The position numbers and the translations under genes were made by a program. DNA of 63,625 nucleotides, filler included. It is 11 parts of 11 records of this genome, joined end to end, with 100 filler letters (N's around TTAATTAATTAA, not from the genome) between each part and the next. Parts side by side here need not be neighbours in the genome. Positions count along the whole stretch, not along the records: positions 40,703 to 45,808 come from SRR31156797_193281; positions 45,909 to 52,013 come from SRR31156797_194383; 9 more parts are not named here. The stretch is one strand, 5' to 3'. Of the stretch, positions 40,778 through 51,620 are shown one piece after another. How positions within the stretch are numbered: position 1 is the first letter of the stretch; every line of letters begins with the position of its first letter. Below the pieces are notes generated by a model. The model was not told the origin of the DNA. It did no database searches and saw nothing but the letters and a program-made list of their open reading frames with translations.

Positions 40778-43192
40778 ATGACATCCATGCATCAATCGGT
40801 CTATCGGGTATTAGCAGCCATCGCAATTCTGCCAACTGTGGTTCTCGCACAAGAGGTTGTGGTGGATAACGATGACGGTGCTCCCGCATATACCGAAACC
40901 GGGGCATGGTCGACCAGTGGTTCTACGGGATACAACGGCGGAACCTACCGCTACGCCACGGCAGGGACACTGAAATCCGCCACCTGGACGGCAGATCTGC
41001 CGGCTGCAGGAGACTATGAAGTCTTCATCTGGTACACACCAGGCTCCAATCGCTCGACCGGGGCAAAATACGACATCACGGCAGCAGACGGTGTCCACAC
41101 GGTCAACGTCAACCAGCGGGGTGGAGGATACACGTGGGATTCCCTTGGAACATTCAGCTTCAATGCCGGAAGCTGCTCCATCACGCTCGATGCGCAAGCC
41201 AGCACAGCTGATGGCTCTGTAATCGCAGACGCTGTTCGTTTCGGCGGAGAAAGTGGCAGCGATTGTTCAATCCTCACTGAGGCGGAAGTGTCCCCGGGTG
41301 TAACGCACACAGCGTATTCCTGCATGGCCCCACTTGCCGTTCACGTGCTCGAGTTTGATCTTGCGGATCCCCAGTACGAAATGGAAATGGGATTCTCCCA
41401 GGGCAAGCGGAACTACAGCAGCAATGAGGCAATCAGCACCATTGCTGCCCGATACGAGACATCGACGCAGCACGTTGTCGGTGCCATCAACGCTTCATAC
41501 TCCGAACCAGGCTTGAGCATCCTCGGCATGCTCGGCACGGGAGGAAACCTGATCAGCACACGCGACGACACCTGGTGGGACCAGCAGACCTACATGCTTC
41601 AACAGTCGGGTGAAGGCTGGATGGCCTCGGATCTGACCAGTGCCACCATGACTGCCAGTTTCGCGGAGGGTGCCACAGTACAGATTGACGTTCTCGATCT
41701 GCCATGCCCTTCAGGGCAAGTCACTCTCTTCACACCGGACTGGGATACCTCAACCCGCTCGACGGTGCAGGGACTGGAAGTGGTCATCACGGATGTCAAC
41801 TACCCATTGAGACCGAATAAAGATCTGGTCGGAACGGTGTACGAAATCCGAACCGGGACATCATCATTGAACAACTCGATTCCCGCCAACGGACTCGTCC
41901 TCGCCGCCGGACCTGGTGCAGAATCGGAGATTCTCCCACACGTGTCCATAGGCGAGCCGATCACCATCCGCTTCGACATGTCACCGGCCGAACTGGTCAA
42001 CATGAAACTGCTCTGTACGGGCAACGCCTGGATGGTCAAAGACGGCGCCCCCTGGCACGGTGGTGGTCCGGAAAGACATCCCAGAACAGTTCTCGCATGG
42101 TCCGGAACAAAACACTGGTTCGTCACCTTCGACGGCAGACAGTCAGGCTACAGCATCGGCGCCAACGTGGAGGAAATGCAGAACTTCCTGATTGACACCC
42201 TGCATGTCGACAACGCCGTAAATCTCGACGGGGGCGGCTCGACAACAATGGTGGTGGAAGGATTCGTTGTGAACTGCCCGTCAGATGGTGCCACTCCGCC
42301 ATGTACTGGATATGAACGCCTTCTGCCCAATGCACTCTTGCTGATCCGATCAGACGACCGCTCGGAATTGCCGATGAATGAAGAGTTTGCATCAACAGGC
42401 CCCTCCCTCGAATGGGATGACAAGTTCACGCAGAACCGTGTAACTCCATTCACACCTTCCGCACCCCAGGGAGATGGATACGCGTTGAAAGTATTGAATC
42501 CAGCCGGCGGATTCGAGACGGTCTCCACAGGCGATGCAGCCGATACCGATGGCAAGTTCAACGCAACTATTTTCTGCGAATACCGTCCCGACGTTGCAGC
42601 CGATGGCTTTGAACGAGTAGGGCTTTTTGCCCGAGACGACGGCAATGCCAACTTTGACAGCACAGAGTTCGGCGGAGGAAACGCCTACGCATTGACCTTC
42701 GACTCTCACGACGGACGCATACGTGCCGGCGTCATAGCAGACGGCATCTTCACCGATTTCCTGGAATCGACACCACTCTACATGGCCTCGGCCGCATGGC
42801 GTGATTTCAACATCAGCTGCAACCGCGACGAAATCACCTTCAGCGTGGATGACGTGATCATCGCTTCAGTAACGGACGCAACGCACTCCAACGGACGATG
42901 CGGAATCGGCTATCACGAGTATTTCAACGACAATAACAATGCCCATGGTGCCATGGTGGACAGACTCTCCGTCAACGTCTTTGTAAACTATGACTGGGAT
43001 GACGATGGCGACGTCGACTTAAGCGACTACATCTTCTTCGCAAACTGCATGGCAGGCCCCGGCCGCCCACCGTACGGCAGTCCGGGCTGGAGCGCCCAGA
43101 AATGCCTGAACAAATACGATGGCGACAACGATGGCGACCTGGACCTCAACGATTTTGTGACGATGTCCATCATACTGGGCAACGAAAACTGA
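40778..43192 (+). CDS. Secreted phosphodiester glycosidase (NAGPA-like) with an N-terminal golvesin/CBM-like domain and C-terminal dockerin-like Ca-binding repeats
   Basis: VVVDNDD...ADAVRF domain; GAINAS, RHPRT, DGRQ, AVNLDGGGST; DWDDDGDVDLSD and DGDNDGDLDLND. Confidence 0.82.
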   Translation: MTSMHQSVYRVLAAIAILPTVVLAQEVVVDNDDGAPAYTETGAWSTSGSTGYNGGTYRYATAGTLKSATWTADLPAAGDYEVFIWYTPGSNRSTGAKYDITAADGVHTVNVNQRGGGYTWDSLGTFSFNAGSCSITLDAQASTADGSVIADAVRFGGESGSDCSILTEAEVSPGVTHTAYSCMAPLAVHVLEFDLADPQYEMEMGFSQGKRNYSSNEAISTIAARYETSTQHVVGAINASYSEPGLSILGMLGTGGNLISTRDDTWWDQQTYMLQQSGEGWMASDLTSATMTASFAEGATVQIDVLDLPCPSGQVTLFTPDWDTSTRSTVQGLEVVITDVNYPLRPNKDLVGTVYEIRTGTSSLNNSIPANGLVLAAGPGAESEILPHVSIGEPITIRFDMSPAELVNMKLLCTGNAWMVKDGAPWHGGGPERHPRTVLAWSGTKHWFVTFDGRQSGYSIGANVEEMQNFLIDTLHVDNAVNLDGGGSTTMVVEGFVVNCPSDGATPPCTGYERLLPNALLLIRSDDRSELPMNEEFASTGPSLEWDDKFTQNRVTPFTPSAPQGDGYALKVLNPAGGFETVSTGDAADTDGKFNATIFCEYRPDVAADGFERVGLFARDDGNANFDSTEFGGGNAYALTFDSHDGRIRAGVIADGIFTDFLESTPLYMASAAWRDFNISCNRDEITFSVDDVIIASVTDATHSNGRCGIGYHEYFNDNNNAHGAMVDRLSVNVFVNYDWDDDGDVDLSDYIFFANCMAGPGRPPYGSPGWSAQKCLNKYDGDNDGDLDLNDFVTMSIILGNEN

Positions 43193-43220
43193 AAAGAAAA
43201 AGGGCAGCGAAGCTGCCCTT
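43193..43220 (-). terminator. Intrinsic terminator between convergent genes
   Basis: AAGGGCAGC-GAA-GCTGCCCTT preceded by an A-rich run on the + strand. Confidence 0.7.
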
Positions 43221-43247
43221 GAACCTTCAAATTTCATTCCGCGGTGC

Positions 43248-45659
43248 TTATCTTCGCCTGCCACCGCCACCACGTTTCCGCTGGCTGGGCTGACTCCGAT
43301 TCCCACTGCTTCGATTGCGGGACCGGTTATCCCGGTTTCGCGAACTCACTTTCTTATTCCCCCGGTCTCGAGACCAGGAATCACGATTGAGCTGCGACGT
43401 ATTGTTTTGACGACTGCGGTTATCCGCTTGTCGGTTCTGCTGATTTCTCGGTGTTGTCGGCTGCTTCTGCTCATCACGCTGCTGTGGTGTAGCCTTGCGC
43501 TGCGTGGGGCGTTGAGTTGCCCCACTGCGATTGGAACGATCCCAGTTCTCCGGCCGTACACGGCTCTGATCCCGGCTGTAACTTCGTTCGCCGGTACTCC
43601 GCCAGTCACGCGTCCGGTTGGAATGCGACTGCCAGCTGTTATCCTTTTCCCGCCGGTAAACCCGACCATCGCGCCCGGCAAAAACATCCCCACTGGAAGA
43701 CTGACGCATGGTTTTCCAATCATTAGCCCGCCTGTTCCCATCCCTGCTCCGATCCGAAGGTCTCCGGGTCCCATCAGTACGAGCAGCAAAACGGTTCCGA
43801 TTGTTACCACTCGCTACAACAGAACCACCCCAAGAATTGTAAGGCGTTGGTGACCACACATTCCCCCGGCTGCCACCAACAACCGTCCCCCTCGGACCCG
43901 ATACGTATCCCGCCCGGGCATATCGCCCCGTGACAGGATTGTATGCCGACACAAATCCTGCTGATCCACGAGGACCATACGCGTATGCCCCACGCGTGTA
44001 ACGCCCGGTTCTCGGATTATAGCGAGAAGCATAACCAGCCCCGCCATAAGGACCGTAATACCGGCAGGATCGAACATACCCGCCACGGCGATAACTGAAA
44101 TGTGCATGACACCCATATGAATAATAACACGGTGAATAACGCCAGCAGTACCAGTGATCATTACTGCTTCCGAGAGCATACCCAAGCGCCATACCAGCCC
44201 CGAACATCACAAGCCCGTTTGATACATAAGTTCCGCTGTAACCCGACGTATATCCAACGGTCACCGTTGTCGGCGTGGAATCGTAAACATAGACATACGT
44301 CACGTTATGGTACGGACTGCTGACAGGAATCGTATAAATCACCGTAGGAACATCCGTGCAAACCACGTACGGACCTGTCGCGACATTCGAGACAAACCAG
44401 ACTCCACTCTCGCAACAATAATACTTTTTGTTAACCCGAAGCACGGTGTAGGTCGTGTTGGCTCCATACTCAACACCCTGACTGCCTTCGATCACCTTGA
44501 ACTCGGGATCCCCTTCAAACGTCACTTCGACATTGACTTCCGTCTTCTGAACCGTCGCCTTCTGTGGAACACTCGCCTGGATCACGGCCTCGGCAGCCTC
44601 TGGCGTCCCAGGCACAGAGGCCAGCACACCCGCACTCGAATGATCCTCCGGAATGTTTGCAAACCCCGAAGGCAGATCCAGCGTCGCTGCTTTCCAGGGT
44701 CCTTCGAGCTTTTCCGAACGGAACCACCGACCGGCCACCAGGAAGTAATAGTTCCGGTCTTCCGAATTGAAGAACAAATCGCTGTCCGTATTCCCAACCA
44801 GCATAAGCTTCGTCCCGGGAATGGGAGTCATCTCGACATCCTCATTCGTTAGGATCAGCTCAGCAGGCTCCTTGCTGACAAAGACAGCCATCCCCTCGGC
44901 AGGAGGTTTCGCATTCACGTACTTCTTCACATCTTCCCAGTTCGCATCATCCGGAAGCTTCTGAAGATCCTTCGGAAGCGACGCAGCCGGCTCCCACTCG
45001 CGTTTGTCCAGATCAGAAGTAGTCAGCCAATGTTCCCCATTCAGAAGATAATACTTCGATTCCCCCGTCTCCATGAAAAGATCCCAGTTGGTGTTCGTCG
45101 CAAACAGCAGGTTGGTCCCCTCGACAGGCTTGAATACCGGATCCCCCATGAAAATAACGAGAATGGCAGGTGTTTCGCTGTAATAGATCGGTGGCGGATC
45201 CAGGTTCACCTCGACCTCGCGTGGCTCAACTTCTGAAACCGACATGTACGAAAGAACCCGATCCAGATCAACGACGATGAATTCCCGCTTCGGCAGAGCC
45301 TCACGCACATACCCCACCAGTCTGGCTGCTTCCTCAGCGTCTACTTCCGGAAAAGTAATAGTAGATTCCGGTTCCGTAAACAGAACGGTACGATCCGTCT
45401 TGTTCACCTGTGTTTTGGCTTTCAACTCGATCACACCCAAAGTTGGTTCTTCTGCCCCGGTTGGCTTGACAGAAATCGCCGCACGACACTCGAGCGTCTC
45501 CTGTTGATCCCACCCGTCGACCTGGGGCTGGAACAGAACGACCTCAGCATCAGCAGTCGTATGCTGACGCGGCCAGCCGAGTTCTTCAGCAGCCACCATG
45601 TCAGTTGCAAGGCAAAAAACACAAAGCAACATCAAAGCAATTGGAAATCTGGTATTCAT
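43248..45659 (-). CDS. Large secreted protein with repeated beta modules and a Y/G/R-rich low-complexity tail
   Basis: ATG at 45659 after AGGAGG; signal peptide; three repeats of the type F.PV.GT.L....NT..D; C-terminus rich in GY, R, N, S, Q. Confidence 0.75.
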   Translation of the reverse strand: MNTRFPIALMLLCVFCLATDMVAAEELGWPRQHTTADAEVVLFQPQVDGWDQQETLECRAAISVKPTGAEEPTLGVIELKAKTQVNKTDRTVLFTEPESTITFPEVDAEEAARLVGYVREALPKREFIVVDLDRVLSYMSVSEVEPREVEVNLDPPPIYYSETPAILVIFMGDPVFKPVEGTNLLFATNTNWDLFMETGESKYYLLNGEHWLTTSDLDKREWEPAASLPKDLQKLPDDANWEDVKKYVNAKPPAEGMAVFVSKEPAELILTNEDVEMTPIPGTKLMLVGNTDSDLFFNSEDRNYYFLVAGRWFRSEKLEGPWKAATLDLPSGFANIPEDHSSAGVLASVPGTPEAAEAVIQASVPQKATVQKTEVNVEVTFEGDPEFKVIEGSQGVEYGANTTYTVLRVNKKYYCCESGVWFVSNVATGPYVVCTDVPTVIYTIPVSSPYHNVTYVYVYDSTPTTVTVGYTSGYSGTYVSNGLVMFGAGMALGYALGSSNDHWYCWRYSPCYYSYGCHAHFSYRRGGYVRSCRYYGPYGGAGYASRYNPRTGRYTRGAYAYGPRGSAGFVSAYNPVTGRYARAGYVSGPRGTVVGGSRGNVWSPTPYNSWGGSVVASGNNRNRFAARTDGTRRPSDRSRDGNRRANDWKTMRQSSSGDVFAGRDGRVYRREKDNSWQSHSNRTRDWRSTGERSYSRDQSRVRPENWDRSNRSGATQRPTQRKATPQQRDEQKQPTTPRNQQNRQADNRSRQNNTSQLNRDSWSRDRGNKKVSSRNRDNRSRNRSSGNRSQPSQRKRGGGGRRR

Positions 45660-45908
45660 ACGGATCCTCCTGGGGGATAGACCACTGCTGTCAGTGGATC
45701 TGGGTGCAGAATGATTCTTTGAAACAAAACCTGTCCAATCCTTCAACGCGAAATGGGCAGGTCTTCTCTCAAGCCCACAACATAGTAGACCCCTTCACCA
45801 GGAATACANNNNNNNNNNNNNNNNNNNNNNNNNNNNNNNNNNNNNNNNNNNNTTAATTAATTAANNNNNNNNNNNNNNNNNNNNNNNNNNNNNNNNNNNN
45901 NNNNNNNN

Positions 45909-46550
45909 GGCGGCTACCCGGCGGGCGATGCCAAGCGGTTCGTCGGCAATGTCGGTAACGACGATGAATGCCGCACCCGCCTTACGTGCCGCCATCGCGA
46001 TCAGAACCCCGATCGGACCGGATCCGGTGATCAATACCCGTCGGCCCAATAGATTTCCCGCCCGCGTCACCGCATGGAGAGCCACCGACAGCGGTTCGGC
46101 GAATGCCAGTTTCTCGTGCCGGATGTCATCGGGTACGGTGTGGCACTGGCTCTCTGAGATAATAGGGGCTTCGCAGAACACCCCCTGGAGATGCGGAAAC
46201 CGAGCGGCACTGCCGAAAAAGATCATGCTCGAGCATAGGTTCTCCTGGCCACGGATGCAGAACTCGCAGCGCCGGCATGGGCGAGCCGGATTGACGGCGA
46301 CCCTTTGCCCAACACGGACTCGATCCACACCCGGACCGACCTCGATGACGTCCCCCGAAATTTCGTGACCCAGGATCATTGGTTCGCGCACCTGGAAATC
46401 ACCGACCCGCCCCTCGAAGTAGTAGTGAAGATCCGAACCGCAGATGCTCCCACGCCCTAATCGCAGCCGAACTTCGCCGTCGAACAGCGGATGATCTTCC
46501 TTCTCTTCGATCCGCAGGTCCTTGGCTTGGTGAAGCACGCAAGCTCGCAT
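45909..46550 (-). CDS. idnD: L-idonate 5-dehydrogenase-like zinc alcohol dehydrogenase, 3'-truncated
   Basis: ICGSDLHYY, ILGHE, CRRCEFC...C, FFGSAARFPH, EPLSVALHA, GSGPIG. Confidence 0.8.
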
Positions 46551-47027
46551 GTCCGTTTTCTCCTAGTTCCCACATTTGCCGGTATTGGCCACGGGTGATT
46601 GGCCGTCGTGAGTGCATCCCTCGGCGACGGTGATCTTGTCCGTGCCGACCCAACGAGCCAAGTTGGCTGAGTGCGTCGAGTAACTTTGCGCTGGTTCACA
46701 GGGTAGTGGGGGACCGCAAAACGCTGCCAACACGAAAACGATCTGGGATCATCGAAACAACTTATGGGGTTGGCGGCCCAGGATGGTTAGTGCCGCGCCA
46801 TCGATGGGACGGGACCAACTCACCAACCAAACCAATTGCAAGGTGACGGATTTTCATGGCTGGGCGATTTTATTGCCAACGTCGTGTTCAGCCGAAGGGC
46901 CATCACCAAATTGGATGACGCCAGAAGAAGAGCTTGTTGGCCCTTGGTTCGGAATCGACTCTATCATCATCGAAACCGATAAAGAGACTTTCAGAGTAGG
47001 TGGCCTGCCACCCCAGGGAGGGAACAC

Positions 47028-48236
47028 ATGCCCGAGTTAAAATTGGCGTCCCGCGTAACGCGGATAAAGCTCTCGCCGAGTACCGCCGCTGCAGACAGAG
47101 CCCGCGAGCTTCGAGCGGCAGGCCGCGACATTGTCAATCTCACAATCGGCGAACCGGATTTCGATACGCCGCCACACGTCAAGGACGCGGCGTGCCAGGC
47201 GATCATCCGAGGCGAAACCAAATATACTGGTGTTTCTGGTATCTTGCCTTTGCGGGAGGCGATTCGGGACAAGTTGAACCGCCGCACGGGGGTCGATTAT
47301 CCCCTCGCGAATATCACCGTAAGTAACGGCGGTAAGCTGGTCATTTTCGATGCCCTCCTGGCGACGGTCGGGACCGACGACGAGGTCATCATCCCCGCCC
47401 CCTACTGGGTCTCCTATCCTGACATGGTTCTCGCCTGCGACGGCTCTCCGGTCATTGTCCCGTGCAGCGAGAAGGATAGTTTCAAGTTGTCGGGATCGGC
47501 GCTTGAGGCCGCCATCACGCCAAAGACACGTTGGCTCATTTTGAATTCGCCGAGCAATCCCACCGGCGCGGTCTATTCGCGGGAAGAGTTGCAGGAACTG
47601 GCAGACGTCTTGATGCGCCATCCTCACGTTTGGCTGCTGACCGACGACATCTACGACGAAATCCAGTTCACGGGGGCCGAACTCGCCAGTCCCGTCTCGG
47701 TGGAACCCCGACTCGTTGATCGGACATTCCTCGTCAACGGAGTGTCGAAGACCTATGCGATGACGGGCTGGCGCATCGGATACGGGGCGGGGCCGGTGAA
47801 ATTGGTCGCCGCCATCAATACCTTGCAGTCACAAATGGCATCGTGCGCAGCTTCCATCAGCCAGGCGGCGGCCGTGGCCGCCCTGACTGGTGACCAGCAC
47901 TTCGTGGAGGCGTGCAGGAGCGTCTACCAGCAACGCAGCGCGAGGGCCGTCGAACTGTTCAATCGCATTCCGGGCCTGCACTGTCTGCCGGCAGCCGGCG
48001 CCTTCTATGTCTATCCGAGTTGCGAAGGTGTCATCGGCAAACGGACCCCGGACGGCAAGACGATCGAGTCCGATACGGACTTTGTCCTTTATCTGCTTGA
48101 GGCTGAGGGCGTCGCCGTCATTGCAGGATCCGCCTACGGGTTGTCACCCTACTTTCGAGTGTCGGTTGCCGTGGCCATCGAGACCATCGAGGATGGGTGG
48201 TCGCGTATTGCCCGCGCCTGTGCGGCGCTAACGTGA
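47028..48236 (+). CDS. Aspartate aminotransferase family (class I PLP)
   Basis: IGEPDF, PAPYWVSY, NSPSNPTG, DDIY, SKTYAMTGWRIG. Confidence 0.92.
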   Translation: MPELKLASRVTRIKLSPSTAAADRARELRAAGRDIVNLTIGEPDFDTPPHVKDAACQAIIRGETKYTGVSGILPLREAIRDKLNRRTGVDYPLANITVSNGGKLVIFDALLATVGTDDEVIIPAPYWVSYPDMVLACDGSPVIVPCSEKDSFKLSGSALEAAITPKTRWLILNSPSNPTGAVYSREELQELADVLMRHPHVWLLTDDIYDEIQFTGAELASPVSVEPRLVDRTFLVNGVSKTYAMTGWRIGYGAGPVKLVAAINTLQSQMASCAASISQAAAVAALTGDQHFVEACRSVYQQRSARAVELFNRIPGLHCLPAAGAFYVYPSCEGVIGKRTPDGKTIESDTDFVLYLLEAEGVAVIAGSAYGLSPYFRVSVAVAIETIEDGWSRIARACAALT

Positions 48237-48250
48237 AAGATACTAAGCCG

Positions 48251-49183
48251 ATGAAGCCGGAAATTCTCATTATTCCCCAAATGCTGGAACCCTTGTGCGG
48301 TGAACTGGCCAACCACTTCGTCGTCCACCGTTTCTGCGAAGGGGCAGATCAAATTGAGTTGAAGGCCCGTGCTGGGTTGATCCGGGGAATTGCTACGAAC
48401 GGCCAGTGTGGCGCTGGAACCGAACTCATTCGTTCCCTTCCATCGCTTGAGATTATTTCCTGCTATGGAGTCGGAGTGGACGCCATCGACCTTGGCACGG
48501 CGAAGAAACGGGGAATCGTGGTTACGACGACACCGGATGTCCTGACCGACGACGTGGCCGACATGGCTATCGCGCTGCTCCTCGCTTCCGTCCGTGAGAT
48601 AATGGCCGGTGACCGGTTTGTCCGCTCGGGTAAGTGGCTGGAAGCAGAGAAGCCTGTTGCACAACGCGTAGCCGGGAAGCGGCTCGGAATTCTTGGGCTC
48701 GGTCGTGTTGGCCGTGCGGTCGCGCGCCGGGCGGAGGCCTTCAGCCTGGACATCGCCTATCATGATCGGGAACCTGTTTCTGGAATGGCTTTTCCGTTCC
48801 ACGAGAACCTCGAAATGCTGGCCAAGGAATCAGATGTCCTGGTTGTGACCTGCGCGGCAACGCCGGAAACCAAAGGAATGGTTACCCGGTCCGTGATCGA
48901 GGGATTGGGTCCGACAGGAACCCTGATCAATGTGGCGCGTGGATCGATCGTCGACGAGGACGCGTTGGTCAGCGCTTTGCAGGAGAAACGCCTGGGCGCG
49001 GCGGCCCTAGACGTATTCGCCAGCGAGCCAATTGTACCGATTGCTTTGAGAGAAATGGACAATGTCATTCTTCAGCCGCATCACGGGAGCGGCACACACC
49101 AATGCCGCGAAGCGATGGCGGAATTGGTTATCAGAAACCTGCGGGAGCATTTACTCGGAAATGGCGCGATAACCCCTCTTTAA
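48251..49183 (+). CDS. D-isomer 2-hydroxyacid dehydrogenase
   Basis: GVGVD, GILGLGRVG, INVARG, LDVFASEP, PHHGS. Confidence 0.92.
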   Translation: MKPEILIIPQMLEPLCGELANHFVVHRFCEGADQIELKARAGLIRGIATNGQCGAGTELIRSLPSLEIISCYGVGVDAIDLGTAKKRGIVVTTTPDVLTDDVADMAIALLLASVREIMAGDRFVRSGKWLEAEKPVAQRVAGKRLGILGLGRVGRAVARRAEAFSLDIAYHDREPVSGMAFPFHENLEMLAKESDVLVVTCAATPETKGMVTRSVIEGLGPTGTLINVARGSIVDEDALVSALQEKRLGAAALDVFASEPIVPIALREMDNVILQPHHGSGTHQCREAMAELVIRNLREHLLGNGAITPL

Positions 49184-49205
49184 AGAGGAACCGGAAAGCC
49201 CGCCC

Positions 49206-50639
49206 TCAAATTCCACTGGCTTTGTACGCTTCGACGATCGCTTCGATCGCCAATATATACGCCGCTGTGCGTAGATCCGGAACTTCTGACCTACTGTGAA
49301 GAACGCTAGTCATTCTTCCGTACGCCGCGCGCATGATATCGTCCAAGCCGGAACGGACGAGGTCGATTTCACGGCTTCCTCGCATAAACTCCTCGAGCCG
49401 ACCAGCAGGAAAGGGCGAGCCCGTCATCGTCTCAAGCAATTCGACAATTTGTTGGTTTCGGCTCTCCTGGCGCCGCCTCTCCAGAAGTCCGAAACGGATA
49501 TGGCCCAGGTTCTTCACCCACTCGAAATAGCTGACCGTTACTCCGCCGGAGTTAACGAAAAGATCCGGGAGAATCGTCACGCCTTTTTTTCGCAAAATCT
49601 GGTCTGCTTCGAAAGTTACAGGTCCATTTGCCGCTTCAACAACCAAGGGCGCCTGAATCCTAGGCGCGTTTTTTGAAGTAATCACGTTCTCGATGGCGGC
49701 GGGTATTAGGATGTCGCAGGGCATCTCGAGAACACCGATACCGTTTTCGACATATTCGACACCAGAAAACCTCCGTACGCCACCGTTTTGCTTCATATGC
49801 CGATGGAGCGCTTCAACAGGGATACCGGTATCGCAGCACACCGCCCCATCATGCTCGACCACCGCCTGAATGATGCATCCATCCTCCTCGGAAAGAAACT
49901 TGGCAGCGTGATAACCAACGTTTCCCAGGCCTTGGATGATGACGCGCTTCCCGCGGAGGCTTCCGGACAACCCGGTGCGTTCTCGGTCGCAGTCATGGCG
50001 GAGGAATTCACGGATTGCATATTGAGTGCCGCGGCCAGTTGCTTCGATTCGACCACCCACGCCTCCGCGGGACAATGGTTTTCCGGTAACGCACGCGGCG
50101 GCATTGATGTCGAGCCGATTGAGCAATCTATATTCATCCGCAATCCATGCCATTTCCAATTCGCCCGTTCCCATGTCCGGGGCCGGAACATTCTGGCTAG
50201 GACCTATCAAATTCCGCTTGGCCAGTTCCTGTGTGAATCGACGGGTAATTCGCTCTAATTCGTGCATTTCCCACTTGTTGCGATCGATCTGAAGCGCTCC
50301 CTTGGAACCCCCAAATGGGATTTCCATCAACGCACATTTATAGGTCATCAGTGCCGCAAGGCCCTCAACCTCATCCTGGTCGACATGAGGGGAATACCGG
50401 ATTCCGCCTTTTGCAGGCTCGAAATGCTCGCTGTGAACGGCCCTCCAACCTGTAAAGCTGTACACGCGCCCACGTAGGCGAGCCCCAAAGCGCACGGTGT
50501 ACGTCAAATTGCAGGCCTTTATCCGCTCATTCATCCCGTCTTGCATCTCGCACTGTGCCGCGGCGCTTTCAAACATCTTGTCGACGCTTTCGAGGAGTGA
50601 ACTTTCCTGTGTGGTGTGCACGGTTTTCCTCCTAGGCAT
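49206..50639 (-). CDS. gdhA: Glu/Leu/Phe/Val dehydrogenase (glutamate dehydrogenase)
   Basis: KGGIRY, MTYKCA, PFGGSKG, PAPD, VTGKP, QGLGNVG, EAANGP, GGVTVSYFEW; start codon uncertain. Confidence 0.9.
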   Translation of the reverse strand: MPRRKTVHTTQESSLLESVDKMFESAAAQCEMQDGMNERIKACNLTYTVRFGARLRGRVYSFTGWRAVHSEHFEPAKGGIRYSPHVDQDEVEGLAALMTYKCALMEIPFGGSKGALQIDRNKWEMHELERITRRFTQELAKRNLIGPSQNVPAPDMGTGELEMAWIADEYRLLNRLDINAAACVTGKPLSRGGVGGRIEATGRGTQYAIREFLRHDCDRERTGLSGSLRGKRVIIQGLGNVGYHAAKFLSEEDGCIIQAVVEHDGAVCCDTGIPVEALHRHMKQNGGVRRFSGVEYVENGIGVLEMPCDILIPAAIENVITSKNAPRIQAPLVVEAANGPVTFEADQILRKKGVTILPDLFVNSGGVTVSYFEWVKNLGHIRFGLLERRRQESRNQQIVELLETMTGSPFPAGRLEEFMRGSREIDLVRSGLDDIMRAAYGRMTSVLHSRSEVPDLRTAAYILAIEAIVEAYKASGI

Positions 50640-50836
50640 TTCTCGGCGAAGCAAAATGGTGCTTTGGCTTCAATCAACAATGCGGCCTTTTCAGGCTCTC
50701 CCGTTGAAGAACGTTCTGACGATGGAAGTGGAGCAACCAGGAAAGGCTTACGACAATCACACTTGGCTCTCTAAGATTGATCGCGTATGGCGGCACCGGA
50801 TTCTCGTATGGGCATTGTCACGTTAATTGGCTGTCG

Positions 50837-51095
50837 GGCAGTGTCAGAGTAAAATGGCTTGAGGACGTTTGATACGCCCCTTAGCGTTCTCGGATGAGAA
50901 ATCCCTTCCGATACTTCAAGACATCGCCCGGGGTGATCCGCTTGGCCGTGTTGATGTATGTCCGGTTTCCGCTGTCGCAGCGACAGGTCGAGGGCTTGCT
51001 TCAAGAACGCGGAATTGACATCAGCTACGAGACTGTACGTGCCTGGTGGAACCGGTTCGGTCCGCTGTTCGCAGCCGAAATCAGAAATAAGCGGA
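50837..51095 (+). mobile_element. IS6-family element remnant (left end and truncated transposase)
   Basis: IR-like GGCAGTGTCAGA at 50837. ORF from 50894 reads NPFRYFKTSPGVIRLAVLMYVRFPLS...GIDISYETVRAWWNRFGPLFA; similarity is lost after about 67 aa and there is no DDE domain. Confidence 0.85.
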
Positions 51096-51620
51096 CAACG
51101 TCGAATTGTTCGTCACCGGCCAGCCGGTCAACGTGGTCGGCGGGGCCTGGGCACCCGCCACCGCCCCGTGGTCAACGCTTTTGACTGACCATGCCGCTGT
51201 CGTTCGAGGCGGTGTGCAGAATGTAATGGAGTGCCGTTTCGTCCTCCGGGGCGACTTCCTTGCTGAGGCCCTCGGCGATGCTGAGCATGGCAGTGGCGAC
51301 CGTGCCGGCCCACGCCTCGCGGTGCGAGAAATGGACGTGGCCGCAGCAGGCGCACGACTTGCGGATGGCATCCGACCAGTGCGGTCAGCTCGCGGGCCTT
51401 TTCAAACGTGGTTTCCTGCGTTTTCGGAATTGGTCCGCAGCGTGGGCCAAACCGGGCTGACCGTCGGCACCAGTTCATGTTGGGATGCGAAGAGACGACT
51501 GTCGATGGTTTCGGGTCCTCACAATCAGTTATTAGACCATCATCATTTGGAGTGTTGAGGTATGTTCTTGTTTGTTGCATGCCCTGGACTTGAACCTACG
51601 CACATGCCAAGAGGGCGTTT

